A stretch of 64,000 bases of DNA from Candidatus Bathyarchaeota archaeon (GTDB lineage: Archaea > Thermoproteota > Bathyarchaeia > Bathyarchaeales > Bathycorpusculaceae). Shown here piece by piece: positions 51,163 to 61,321 of the stretch; positions within the stretch are counted from its first letter, which is position 1, and the number at the start of each line of letters is the position of its first letter. The DNA is taken from assembly GCA_963826715.1 (NCBI GenBank), contig CAWGYA010000008.1, forward strand, positions 1,120,001 through 1,184,000, read 5' to 3'. Both the position numbers and the translations under genes were made by a program. The notes under the pieces are model-generated. The model did not search any database. It was given only the letters and a program-made list of their open reading frames with translations, and was not told the origin of the DNA.

Positions 51163-52470
51163 TCAGTCAAAGATTTCTATTTTCTCAACCTTCCGCGACT
51201 CCGCCTCAACCAGCATATGATATGCTACCATTAATGCCAGAATCATCGCCACCCCAATAATCAGTGCTTCCCGTGGCATACCGATGAGTAATGCAATCAA
51301 TCCAACAATGCCCGCTATCGACAGGAATGGGTAGAGAGGTACCTTGAAGGTAGCAGAGGTTTTTTTACGGCGGAAATGAATCAGGGAAAAACTTGCGATG
51401 AGATAACAAAACAGGATCCCGAAGTTGCTGATTGCCGCCATTACATAGATATTGCCTGAAAACAACATCCCGATGCCTATGGCGGAGGAAATCAGAACGC
51501 CGTTGGTCGCTACGTCACGTTTTTGGTTATATTTACGCACAATTTTAGGAAGCAACTTATCCTGGCCAATCTGGTAGAGCACCCGCGACGAGCTCAGAAT
51601 CATTGCCAACGCTGCCGAGGTGGTAGCAATCAAGGCACCTACTGAAACCAGTGTAAAGAGCCATCCCGGTGCCCCTGCTGATTTGAGTGCAAACGAGAGC
51701 GGATCTGAGGAAACCATGAATTGGTTAGCAGGCGTCAAAAATAGGAGTGAGATAACCACCAAGACATAGAGCACTATGCTAATGATGACAGAAGCAATGA
51801 TGGCTTTGGCTGCCGCTGAACCGCCGCCCTTCACATCCTTGGTTATGGTGGAGATAGCTTGGAAACCTGAATAAGCAAAGAAAATCACTACGCTTGCAGC
51901 GAAAATGGAGCCAACGTTGGCGTTTTGAAAGCCTGAACTAAAATTAGTTTGCATAGCCGCTCCGCTCCCGAAGAACGCAATGATCAATGCAAAGACAATA
52001 AAAATTATGAGAATGACGATTTTTACGATTACTAAGCCAAAATCAGCTTTTGCAGCTTTGCTAACGCCTAAGATGTTAACTAAGGCTAAAACTAAAATCA
52101 AAATGATAGCGAATATGGTGGGGTAGTTGCCTCCTAGACCTGTGAGGCTGGTGAGATATGAACCAAAGCCCAATGCGATGGGTGCGATGGAGGAGGCGTA
52201 TGCGAAATAGAGCATGATGCCCGTGATGAAGCCCAGTTCACTACCAAACGCTTCATATGCAAAGGAGTAAGAGCCACCTTCCGCCTGCGGCATAATCGAG
52301 CCCAACTCGCCCAGCTCTAACGCGACAATTAAGGCTATGACTCCGACAAGCACAAAAGAGATAAGCGCGGCTGAACCTGCCAAAGCGATAGCTGTTCCGC
52401 TTAAAACAAAAATGCCTGCGCCTATTATGGCGCCGAGCCCTACTGCAGTTGCTACCTTAACACTTATCAT
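51163..52470 (-). CDS. APC-family amino acid permease
   Basis: GAIIGAGIF, GGSYSF, FFAYSGF; 12 TMs. Confidence 0.92.
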   Translation of the reverse strand: MISVKVATAVGLGAIIGAGIFVLSGTAIALAGSAALISFVLVGVIALIVALELGELGSIMPQAEGGSYSFAYEAFGSELGFITGIMLYFAYASSIAPIALGFGSYLTSLTGLGGNYPTIFAIILILVLALVNILGVSKAAKADFGLVIVKIVILIIFIVFALIIAFFGSGAAMQTNFSSGFQNANVGSIFAASVVIFFAYSGFQAISTITKDVKGGGSAAAKAIIASVIISIVLYVLVVISLLFLTPANQFMVSSDPLSFALKSAGAPGWLFTLVSVGALIATTSAALAMILSSSRVLYQIGQDKLLPKIVRKYNQKRDVATNGVLISSAIGIGMLFSGNIYVMAAISNFGILFCYLIASFSLIHFRRKKTSATFKVPLYPFLSIAGIVGLIALLIGMPREALIIGVAMILALMVAYHMLVEAESRKVEKIEIFD

Positions 52471-52585
52471 CGTGCCAATCCGCTCTCTTTGATAGAATTG
52501 TAATTATTGAATTAGTATCCTTTGTATATTTTAAAGTGCATAACCCAAGTTTACGCCTATTTCTGGTAAAAACCGTACAAGATTT

Positions 52586-53719
52586 TTATCTTTTTTCTAT
52601 GGGAATGAAAGGTTTGTTGAATTCTCCGACATATTGTGAGGAAGGTCGAAGCAAAACCGCATCCTCATATTGCTCCAGGACATGTGCAACCCAACCTGAG
52701 ATTCTGCTGGATGCAAAAAATGGCGTAAAAAACTCAGATGGTACTCCTAAAGTGTTTAAGGTAACTGCGGCATAGAAATCAACATTTGGGAAAATCTTTT
52801 TCTTTTCATGCACAACGTTTTCGATTTTTATGGAGAGATTGTATACTCTAAGGTTGTTCTTATTGTGACAAAGCTGCTCAGCTATCCCTCGCAAATGTTT
52901 GGTTCTGGGATCTTCGGTTTTATAGATCCGGTGACCAAATCCCATGATTTTCTTTTGGTCATCAAGCATTCCTTGAATGTAATCCTCAACTTCCTCCTCC
53001 GTGTTTATGTCATCGAGCATAAGCATGACTTTCTCACTGGCGCCGCCATGCAAAGGACCCTTAAGAGTGCCGATCGCTGATGTTACAGCTGAGTAAACAT
53101 CAGAATTAGTGCTGGCTGTAACGCGAGCGGCAAAGGTGGAAGCGTTAAAACCATGGTCAGCGTGAAGTGTCATGAAACGGTCAATTGCATTTTTTTCTTC
53201 ATTATCAGCTTCGTAACCACAGAACATAAAAAGGAAATTTTCTGCAACACCAAGTTGGCTTTGAGCTTCAAGAGGCTCGAGATTCATGCGGGTCCTATAA
53301 AGAGCAGCAACCAACGCAGGAACCTTAGCTACTAAGTGAATTGCCCTTTTTTGGTTTGTAACTAACGAATTATCGTTACAACCTGGGTCATCTTGGCTGA
53401 GACGCGAAACTTCAGTTCGCAACACATCCATGGGGTGACAACTTTTCGCGGTGCGTTCTAAGCTTTCAAGGGTTTCTTGAGGCAGAGTCATCTCGGATAC
53501 CAGTAGTTGCCTAAATTCATCCAATTCATTTTTGTTTGGTAGCCTTTTATTAAAAAACAGGTAAGCGACTTCTTCATAGCCGACGTACTCTACTAAGTCA
53601 TCGATATCATAGCCTAAATAGTAGAGTTTGCCAGTCGGATTCACAAAGCTGATTTTTGTTTCAGCCGCATGAACGTCTCTTAACCCACGGGTAACAGTTT
53701 TTTCTTTGTTTTGACTCAT
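52586..53719 (-). CDS. gltA: Citrate (or 2-methylcitrate) synthase
   Basis: LHADHGFNAST, GPLHGGA, MGFGHRIYK, PNVDFY. Confidence 0.93.
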   Translation of the reverse strand: MSQNKEKTVTRGLRDVHAAETKISFVNPTGKLYYLGYDIDDLVEYVGYEEVAYLFFNKRLPNKNELDEFRQLLVSEMTLPQETLESLERTAKSCHPMDVLRTEVSRLSQDDPGCNDNSLVTNQKRAIHLVAKVPALVAALYRTRMNLEPLEAQSQLGVAENFLFMFCGYEADNEEKNAIDRFMTLHADHGFNASTFAARVTASTNSDVYSAVTSAIGTLKGPLHGGASEKVMLMLDDINTEEEVEDYIQGMLDDQKKIMGFGHRIYKTEDPRTKHLRGIAEQLCHNKNNLRVYNLSIKIENVVHEKKKIFPNVDFYAAVTLNTLGVPSEFFTPFFASSRISGWVAHVLEQYEDAVLLRPSSQYVGEFNKPFIPIEKR

Positions 53720-53884
53720 TCTTTATTCTCCCCGAAATAAAATGCCCTTAACGATAAGGATAAGCGAAGTGGCTTAAGAATTAAACCGTATTTTAGCCTA
53801 ACAGTAAGAATTTCAATAAACAAATTGTTTAACTTTACTTTTACAATAGAAAAATTCAAGAATTAGTTGAAAAAAGAAGAAAAT

Positions 53885-54508
53885 TTAGATTTTTAACGGC
53901 TCTTCTAAAATGTTGATTATTCCGTTTTTGCCCAGACGCAATTGTTTTTCACCTTTAAACATTGCGACATGTGCATTCTTCACTTCGATGAAATCTCCTA
54001 TTCGAACTGAGTTAACCTGTTGGTCCCAGAGGCATAGCAAAACCCTGCCTGTTTCATCCTCAACCACGGCGTTGGAAACCACGGCATTGTCGCGGAATTG
54101 AGTATGGACTTTAGCGGGTTCGGCAAGTTCTACAACATGCGCGGTCACGTTGATCTTTTTCATGCCTACCCGTAAAGCCTCTATTTTGAGGTGTGACGGT
54201 GCGGGATTTTGTCTTGCGATTTCTTTTCGCACTCTCCCGGTGTCCATTGAACTGTCAAAAGACACATCTGTACGGGCAAGGGTTTCGTCAGGAACGCGGA
54301 ACTGAGCAATTACTTTGCCTTCTTTGGTTATTAGAAAGATTGATTGGTCATTGACGTTTCCCCTGTACTCAACTGTTAACTCTTCAACTGCTACTTTTTC
54401 TCCTTCTTTTGCTTGAACTAAGCCTTCAAAAAGTTCAGTAGGATAAACATCGTTTTGCGCTGAAATAAAGGCAAGCTGGTCTTCCAATGTTGGTTTCTTT
54501 GGCTTCAT
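53885..54508 (-). CDS. OB-fold ssDNA-binding (RPA/SSB-like) protein with uncharacterised N-terminal domain
   Basis: I..L..GMK.INV.A.V; V.DETG.V.L.LWD.Q; GD.IEV.NA.V..FKGE.QL.LG. Confidence 0.82.
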   Translation of the reverse strand: MKPKKPTLEDQLAFISAQNDVYPTELFEGLVQAKEGEKVAVEELTVEYRGNVNDQSIFLITKEGKVIAQFRVPDETLARTDVSFDSSMDTGRVRKEIARQNPAPSHLKIEALRVGMKKINVTAHVVELAEPAKVHTQFRDNAVVSNAVVEDETGRVLLCLWDQQVNSVRIGDFIEVKNAHVAMFKGEKQLRLGKNGIINILEEPLKI

Positions 54509-54766
54509 TTACATTATCTCCTCCCTTTTTTGTGATAGCGAATTATCTTGAAAAAAGCAAACTAACATCTAATTTTTACTTTTTCTTGATGAAATTCTGC
54601 AATATTAAAGAGATTTTCTTCCTATTTAGGTCTAACTGTACAAAAAAACATTTTTCAACAATAAATTATGCATTTTGTCAAGTGGTTAACCTGATCTCCA
54701 AAAAGCACAAAGCCTACCTCAAACATAGCATTATTGAGTTTTAAATAGCTATCTTGGTGTACCTAT

Positions 54767-55648
54767 ATGGAGAACTCTGAAGAGTTAAAGAAGTTAACCA
54801 AAGTTCAACTGAAAAACCTCAACAAAACATTCTACCCCAAAATTCAAATTACAAAAGCACAGGTAATTGAATACTACATCAGGATAGCCCCTAAAATTCT
54901 GCCTGTAATCGCTAACCGCCCGCTAGTTCTAACTCGTTATCCAGACGGTGTAGCTGGCAAAACCATGGCCTTCTTTGAGAAAAACGCCCCCGAGGGCACC
55001 CCCAACTGGGTTAAACTGCAAACAATTTATTCCCCCACCTCCAAACGCAACGTAAATTATGTCGTCTGCAATGACCTTGATACACTGATTTGGTTAGCAA
55101 ACATGGCGGCACTGGAAATCCACATGCCTTTCTCCACCAACCAACACCTCAACAACCCCGACCTGCTCTTCTTCGATCTCGACCCCGAACCTCCAGCAAA
55201 CCTAAGTGACGCCGCCGAAGTTGCACTACTCCTGAGAGAAAAACTCTACGATTTAGGGCTCACACCATACGTGAAGACCTCGGGCAAAAAAGGGTTACAC
55301 GTTGTCATCCCTATTGAACCAGAGCATAGTTTTGAAGCGGTAAGAGCGTTTGTCCACAAAATAGGAATCGAACTCGCAAAGGAGAGCGATCTTGTGGTTT
55401 CAGAGTTTAAGGATACTAAAAAACCAGGAAAAGTTTTCGCTGATTATTTGCAGAACTCGCCAATGCGTACTATGGTTATCCCCTACAGCCTTCGTCCAAC
55501 CGCCGACGCTACAGTATCAACTCCGCTGGAGTGGCATGAGATTAAAAAGGGGCTAAACCCGAAGGATTTTACTATTCGTACTGTAGTAGAACGTCGAGAA
55601 AATCCATGGCAAGAAATCTTTAAAACGCGGGTCCATTTGAAACTTTAA
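54767..55648 (+). CDS. LigD-type primase-polymerase (NHEJ Pol), stand-alone
   Basis: RYPDG, FFEKN, DLDP (DxD), KTSGKKGLHV, ADYLQN, PYSLR, VSTPL.W. Confidence 0.93.
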   Translation: MENSEELKKLTKVQLKNLNKTFYPKIQITKAQVIEYYIRIAPKILPVIANRPLVLTRYPDGVAGKTMAFFEKNAPEGTPNWVKLQTIYSPTSKRNVNYVVCNDLDTLIWLANMAALEIHMPFSTNQHLNNPDLLFFDLDPEPPANLSDAAEVALLLREKLYDLGLTPYVKTSGKKGLHVVIPIEPEHSFEAVRAFVHKIGIELAKESDLVVSEFKDTKKPGKVFADYLQNSPMRTMVIPYSLRPTADATVSTPLEWHEIKKGLNPKDFTIRTVVERRENPWQEIFKTRVHLKL

Positions 55649-55725
55649 TAATAAATTTAGCTAAGGCTTAAGAATAATGAATTAATTTTTGATTAGCGTT
55701 AATCATATTTGTTGGAGTATTTGTT

Positions 55726-56934
55726 ATGCAGTATCGAATTGTTCCAAAAAACGGTGATAAATTATCTGTCCTTGGCTTCGGATGCATGCGTCTACCTCTA
55801 AAGGGCGAAGTTATCGATGAAGAACGTGCCATAAAACAAATTCGCTACGCCATAGATAATGGAGTAAACTATATCGACTCCGCACCGCCTTACCACGGCG
55901 GCGAAAGCGAAAAACTTCTCGGCAAAGCACTGCTCGACGGCTACCGCGAGAGAGTAAAAGTAGCAACCAAACTTACTCCATTTATGCTTCGCGCACCAGA
56001 AGATATGGAAAAAATGCTTAATCTTTCTCTTCAAAAACTCCAAACCGATCATATAGACTACTATCTGCTACATGGTCTCGAAGGAGAGTTCTGGAGTAAA
56101 CTGCAGCGTTTCGGAGCAGTTAAATTCCTACAGCAAGCTAAAGCAGACGGAAAAATCAGAAACATGGGCTTTTCCTTTCACGGGTCGCTGCCGGTTTTCA
56201 AAGAAATCATCAATGCAAACGATTGGGTCATGTGCCAAATTCAGTACAACTATCTTGATGAGAAATTTCAAGCTGGTACAGAAGGCCTCAAATACGCTGC
56301 TTCTCAAAAACTCGCAGTCATGGTTATGGAACCGCTCAGAGGCGGCAGCTTAGCCGATAAACTTCCAGCAGTTGCAAAAAAATTCTTCGATGAAGCACCA
56401 ATGAAGAGAAGTCCTGCTGAGTGGGGTTTACGCTGGGTCTGGAATCATCCCGAAGTAACTTTGGCTCTATCAGGCATGAACAGCGAAAATCAAGTAGCTG
56501 AAAACCTCAAAACCGCAGAAAAAGCTTTGCCTAACATTATGACACCACAAGAGATGGATATAATAAAAAACGTGGCTGCCGCCTACAATAGCCTACTTAA
56601 GGTCCCCTGCACCGGATGTCAATACTGCATGCCATGCATAAACGGTGTAAATATACCACGCAACTTCCAAGCATACAACGAATTCTACCTCTCTGGTGAC
56701 GAACAACAAGCCCGATCAATCTATGTATTATTCTTGATGGGTGCCTTAACTGGTTTAAAAGCAGACGCATCACTTTGTAAACAGTGCCAACAATGTATAG
56801 AACGTTGTCCACAGCACATAAACATCCCAGAAAAACTCATAGAAGTCGCAAAAGATCTCGGAGGACCAAGAGCTGAAGCAGCTCTGGCTGCAATGAAAGC
56901 TAATATGGCCCAGTTTCCAAATAGAAAACCCTGA
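55726..56934 (+). CDS. Aldo/keto reductase with C-terminal 4Fe-4S domain
   Basis: LGFGCMRLP, VATKL, DYYLLH, MEPLRGG; CTGCQYC..C and CKQCQQC..RCPQ. Confidence 0.93.
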   Translation: MQYRIVPKNGDKLSVLGFGCMRLPLKGEVIDEERAIKQIRYAIDNGVNYIDSAPPYHGGESEKLLGKALLDGYRERVKVATKLTPFMLRAPEDMEKMLNLSLQKLQTDHIDYYLLHGLEGEFWSKLQRFGAVKFLQQAKADGKIRNMGFSFHGSLPVFKEIINANDWVMCQIQYNYLDEKFQAGTEGLKYAASQKLAVMVMEPLRGGSLADKLPAVAKKFFDEAPMKRSPAEWGLRWVWNHPEVTLALSGMNSENQVAENLKTAEKALPNIMTPQEMDIIKNVAAAYNSLLKVPCTGCQYCMPCINGVNIPRNFQAYNEFYLSGDEQQARSIYVLFLMGALTGLKADASLCKQCQQCIERCPQHINIPEKLIEVAKDLGGPRAEAALAAMKANMAQFPNRKP

Positions 56935-57038
56935 GCCAAATATTGCCTTTTTCTTTGGTCTCCTTCAGCGCTGTAATTGACAGAAAAAGGTTAAACCCTT
57001 GATTTCCATTAATACCTTCAAGAAGTTTTCAAGGTTTT

Positions 57039-57896
57039 TTGGAGAGGTTAACTTTGGGTTCAGAACAAGAAGAATCACAAGAAGTAGAACAACCCCAAAC
57101 TGAAAAAAATAGCGCATCCGTTCCTAGTCGCTCAATTTGGTCAGGATCCATCACTATCGGGCTCGTGAACGTTCCAGTAAAATTGTACTCGATGATTTAT
57201 GATAAAGGCATCTCTTTTCATTTTCTTCACAAGACCGATGGTCAGCCGCTTAAATATGTGAAGATGTGCACCAAGGATGACAAAATTGTGCCTTGGAATG
57301 AGGTTGTTCGCGGTTACGAATTTGCAAAGAATGAATTTATAGTATTTGAGAAACAGGAATTGGACGCGGTGAAGCCCGAGTCGGATAAGCGTATTCGCAT
57401 CAGCAAATTCGTTGATTATTTCTCAGTTGATCCAGTTTACTTTGACCGAAGTTACGCGCTTTTGCCCGATAAAAGTAAAGACGCCTACAGCTTGCTGCTC
57501 AATGCCCTGCAACGTACCAACAAAGCGGGTGCAGCACGCATAACACTACGCACCAAAGAGTACCCCGCGTTGTTACACCCCTATAAAGGCGGGTTGGTGT
57601 TGACGACCCTAAGGTATGCCTACGATGTCGTAGACCCCCAGAACTTTGAAAACCTCCATAAACTAGCTGAACCTCAAAAAGCCGAACTCGACATGGCTAT
57701 AAAAATTGTCAAGGATCTATCAGGAGACTTTGACATAACAGAATTCGAGGACACTTATCAGAAGCGTGTTCAACAGCTCGTAAAACAGAAGATGAAAGGT
57801 CAAACAATCACAGTCGAGAAGCCACCTCAAGAAGAAGCAAGAGGTTTGATGGTAGCTTTGCGTGACACTCTCAAGCAACTGGAAGAGCAGAAATGA
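57039..57896 (+). CDS. ku: Ku DNA end-binding protein
   Basis: RSIWSGSITIGLVNVPVKLY, VRGYE, DPVYFDRSY.L.P, TLRY, F.D.Y, LM.AL..L. Confidence 0.95.
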   Translation: MERLTLGSEQEESQEVEQPQTEKNSASVPSRSIWSGSITIGLVNVPVKLYSMIYDKGISFHFLHKTDGQPLKYVKMCTKDDKIVPWNEVVRGYEFAKNEFIVFEKQELDAVKPESDKRIRISKFVDYFSVDPVYFDRSYALLPDKSKDAYSLLLNALQRTNKAGAARITLRTKEYPALLHPYKGGLVLTTLRYAYDVVDPQNFENLHKLAEPQKAELDMAIKIVKDLSGDFDITEFEDTYQKRVQQLVKQKMKGQTITVEKPPQEEARGLMVALRDTLKQLEEQK

Positions 57897-59350
57897 GTCG
57901 CCGTCTGTACCAACCAATGCTAGCACAAAACGCCAAAAACGCTTTCAACGATCAAGACTGGTTATTCGAAATAAAATGGGACGGGTTCCGCGCTATCGCT
58001 TATCTGGAAGAACCGTTCAGCCTAAGAAGTCGTAACGGTCAAGAACTCAAAGGTCATTTTCCTGAATTAACAGAGTTAACTCGACTTGGGAGCAGACTAG
58101 TTTTGGATGGTGAGATCGTTGTCATGCAGGAAGGAACTCCTGACTTTCAAGCGTTACTAAAAAGAGGTCAAGCCGTTTCTTCTGATCAAGTTAATAGCCA
58201 GTCTCAGCAGTTGCCTGCTGTCTATATAGTATTTGATATTTTAGAAAAAGATGGGGCTCCCTTAACCAAGTTGCCTCTAATCGAGCGAAAAACTATACTC
58301 AAAGATTCACTACGGGAAGGTGACAATGTGCTTCTATGCGATTACATCGAGGAAAAAGGTGAGCCATATTTCGATTTGGTTTTGAAGAAGGGACTGGAAG
58401 GAGTTGTGGCGAAGAGAAAAGATAGTTACTATGAGGAAGGTTTGCGGACCGGGAGTTGGTTAAAAATAAAAAAATTAAAAAATTGTGATTGCATAGTCTT
58501 CGGATACACCCGTGGTGAAAACGTTCGGCAACAAACTTTTGGAGCGCTACTCCTGGGACTCTACAATACTGATAAAAAACCTGTTTATGTAGGGAAAGTC
58601 GGCACTGGTTTTTCAGAGGAACTGCTTCGCACCTTAAGTGACAAATTCGCGAAGATTAAATCCGATGAAATACCCTTTAAATCTGAACGTGGCGACATCG
58701 TCACTTGGATCCAACCTAAACTTGTCTGCGAAGTCGCCTATCAAGTAGTTACTAAGGATATGCGGTTGAGAATGGCGCGATTTAAACGGTTAAGAGACGA
58801 TAAACTACCCGAACAGTGCACATTAGAACAGCTTACCCAAACCACACCTAAAGCAAACCAGCAGAATCCCCAAACTAAGAAACAACTATCAGGTGACAAA
58901 AAACTTTCGGAGTATGAATCTAAACGTAACTTTGAGGCAACTCCAGAACCCACAGGGAGCGGGAAAACAAAGGTCCCCCTCATTTATGTTATCCAAGAAC
59001 ATCACGCAAGACGACTCCACTATGATCTAAGACTAGAAAAAGGGGGTGTACTCAAAAGTTGGGCAGTCCCAAAAGGCATCCCCGAAACCACCAATGTACG
59101 TCACTTGGCCGTCGAAACGGAAGATCATCCCTATGAGTATGGTAGTTTCGAGGGTGAAATCCCAAAGGGCCAATATGGTGCGGGAACAGTAAAAATCTGG
59201 GATAAAGGGTATTATGAAGCCAAGCTTTGGGAAGACGACAAAATTGAAGTAACCTTAAATGGCGAGCGACTGCATGGACGTTACGTTTTGGTACGATTCA
59301 AAAAGGCCGAGAACCAGAAAGATTGGTTGCTACTGAAGGGAAAAGAGTAG
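57893..59350 (+). CDS. ligD: NHEJ ATP-dependent ligase fused to C-terminal 3'-phosphoesterase (LigD LIG-PE)
   Basis: PMLA, EIKWDGFR, DGEIV, EGVVAK, WLKIK; then YESKRNF..TPEP, QEHHARRLHYDLRLE, SWAVPKG, TEDHP..Y, YGAG.V.IWD.G. Confidence 0.95.
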   Translation: MSRRLYQPMLAQNAKNAFNDQDWLFEIKWDGFRAIAYLEEPFSLRSRNGQELKGHFPELTELTRLGSRLVLDGEIVVMQEGTPDFQALLKRGQAVSSDQVNSQSQQLPAVYIVFDILEKDGAPLTKLPLIERKTILKDSLREGDNVLLCDYIEEKGEPYFDLVLKKGLEGVVAKRKDSYYEEGLRTGSWLKIKKLKNCDCIVFGYTRGENVRQQTFGALLLGLYNTDKKPVYVGKVGTGFSEELLRTLSDKFAKIKSDEIPFKSERGDIVTWIQPKLVCEVAYQVVTKDMRLRMARFKRLRDDKLPEQCTLEQLTQTTPKANQQNPQTKKQLSGDKKLSEYESKRNFEATPEPTGSGKTKVPLIYVIQEHHARRLHYDLRLEKGGVLKSWAVPKGIPETTNVRHLAVETEDHPYEYGSFEGEIPKGQYGAGTVKIWDKGYYEAKLWEDDKIEVTLNGERLHGRYVLVRFKKAENQKDWLLLKGKE

Positions 59351-59351
59351 A

Positions 59352-60095
59352 ATGGACAATTTGCAATTGGGAACGATAGGTTGGAGCTATACTTTCTGGC
59401 GAGGCAACTTTTATCCAAACAAAACCGTTCCAAAAGACTTTTTAGAATACTATGGAACCCAGTTCAATACAGTGGAGGTGGACAGCACGTTCTATCGCAT
59501 CCCATCGGAGCAAACTATCAAAAACTGGGGTACGCAAACACCCAAAGGCTTCTTGTTTTCACTCAAGTTCCCCCAATTCATAACACACATTAAAGCCCTC
59601 AAGGACTGCCAAGATGAAACTGACGCATTCCTGGCTCGCGCTGACATGTTGGGTGAGAAACTAGGTGCTTTGCTGCTGCAATTCCCGCCAGCTTTCACAG
59701 CCAAACGCTTACCCGACTTAGCCAAGTACCTAAGTAATCTACCCAAGGGAAATCACTACATAGTTGAAGTGCGAAACAAGACATGGTTAACTCCTGACTT
59801 TTTTTGGCTATTGCGGGAACATAATGTCGCCTTTGCATGGACTGATAGCCAATATGTATATGAAAACTCAGAGGTGACGGCGGATTTTCTATATATCCGC
59901 TGGGAAGGCGCTCGAGCGGTTGTTAACGGAACGTTGGGTAGAGTAGAAGCTGACCGCACAGGAGATCTGAAGCTATGGGCTGATAAACTCAAGCCATATT
60001 TGGCAAGTGAATTAGTGGTGTTTGGGTACTTTGGTAAGTATTACTCAGGATTCCCACCAAATGACATAAACACGTTGACAAAGTTAATGGCGTAA
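59352..60095 (+). CDS. DUF72 (YecE-like) protein
   Basis: GT.GWSY..W.G.FYP, TVEVDSTFY, FSLK.P..ITH, LLQFPP.F, EVR..W, YIR. Confidence 0.93.
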   Translation: MDNLQLGTIGWSYTFWRGNFYPNKTVPKDFLEYYGTQFNTVEVDSTFYRIPSEQTIKNWGTQTPKGFLFSLKFPQFITHIKALKDCQDETDAFLARADMLGEKLGALLLQFPPAFTAKRLPDLAKYLSNLPKGNHYIVEVRNKTWLTPDFFWLLREHNVAFAWTDSQYVYENSEVTADFLYIRWEGARAVVNGTLGRVEADRTGDLKLWADKLKPYLASELVVFGYFGKYYSGFPPNDINTLTKLMA

Positions 60096-60146
60096 TATTC
60101 GATTTTGTTGGTAACGTCTCAAGTCATTATTAACTAAAGTTCATCC

Positions 60147-60716
60147 TTGCCTCGAAGGAAAAATACTAAAAAGATTCCTCTTTCTTTGTTACAATGGAGG
60201 TTCATTGGGCTGAACATAGATAAATTATGGCAGTTAGCAACTTCCTATTTGAATAAGAATGACTTCGGTGTCGCTCATACAAGGCGGGTTTATGAAATAG
60301 CAAAACAGAACTTTGATATTAACACTGAATTTAAAGAGATTACTTATGCCTCGATTATTCTCCATGACATTGGCGGAAGTACAATAAACGATCAATATGA
60401 GAAGGGACCACAAATCGCAGGTGCGCTTCTTAAGCAGCTAGGAGCTACAGGTAAATTTATTGGTACTGTGTGCATGATAGTGGGTACACACCACGAGCAT
60501 CCAGTATATCCCTCCTTGCCTTTTCAGGTCCTCTATGATTCCGATAAACTCGCTATGTTCTCAATAGAAGAGTACCCATACTATAACTCCCAGGAAGGTT
60601 TCGACTGGGACAAAATCGTAAACTTAATCTATTCTGAGAAGGGAAGAGATTTAGCGCGAGAATGCATACGTCAGCGAATAACAGAAAACCAGGCGCGGAT
60701 ACACGATGTTCTTTAA
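60147..60716 (+). CDS. HD-domain phosphohydrolase
   Basis: HTRRV, ILHDIG, HH, DSDKL; true start possibly CTG at 60210 after GGAGG. Confidence 0.85.
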   Translation: MPRRKNTKKIPLSLLQWRFIGLNIDKLWQLATSYLNKNDFGVAHTRRVYEIAKQNFDINTEFKEITYASIILHDIGGSTINDQYEKGPQIAGALLKQLGATGKFIGTVCMIVGTHHEHPVYPSLPFQVLYDSDKLAMFSIEEYPYYNSQEGFDWDKIVNLIYSEKGRDLARECIRQRITENQARIHDVL

Positions 60717-61320
60717 ACAGATTCAGCGGCACGGTGATAACTTCAGTTACCTCATAGCTGATCCCCAAACCAAAGAAGCTGCCGTCGTAGATTCAAGTTA
60801 CAATGCTGACGAGATTGTGAAAATAATAAAAGAACAAAATTTTTTGCTAAAATATATCATAAACACACATGGGCACTCTGACCACACAGCAGGAAACACT
60901 GAATTGCAGTCAATTTTCAGAGCACCAATTGTTGCCTATAGACAAGAAAGAAAAACCAATGGTTTGGCAGTAAACGACAATGACTATTTGACAATCGGTA
61001 CCATCCCAATTAAAGTCCTATATACTCCAGGACATACACCCGATGGCATTTGTTTACTTGTTAACGGTGAAAAGTTGTTAACTGGTGACACATTGTTTGT
61101 TGGTGAATGTGGCAGAACCGACTTGCCAGGAGGAAACGCAAAACTGCTCTATGATAGTCTATTTAACCGGCTTCTTAAGTTAGATGATGAAATTGAGGTT
61201 TATCCTGGTCATGACTATGGCATAAAACCTTTTTCCACAATTGGTAATGAACGAAAAACTAACTATGTTCTAAAACCCCGCAACCTCAAAGAGTTCTTGG
61301 CATTTATGAGTCATCCGTAG
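60706..61320 (+). CDS. Metallo-beta-lactamase fold hydrolase (glyoxalase II-like)
   Basis: THGHSDH, TPGHT, TGDTLF..CGRTD, PGHDYG. Confidence 0.92.
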   Translation: MFFKQIQRHGDNFSYLIADPQTKEAAVVDSSYNADEIVKIIKEQNFLLKYIINTHGHSDHTAGNTELQSIFRAPIVAYRQERKTNGLAVNDNDYLTIGTIPIKVLYTPGHTPDGICLLVNGEKLLTGDTLFVGECGRTDLPGGNAKLLYDSLFNRLLKLDDEIEVYPGHDYGIKPFSTIGNERKTNYVLKPRNLKEFLAFMSHP

Positions 61321-61321
61321 C

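Noticed and set aside
60706-61320. Artemis-like NHEJ nuclease
   Set aside because: 204 aa with no beta-CASP domain; motifs match glyoxalase II/ETHE1-like MBLs.
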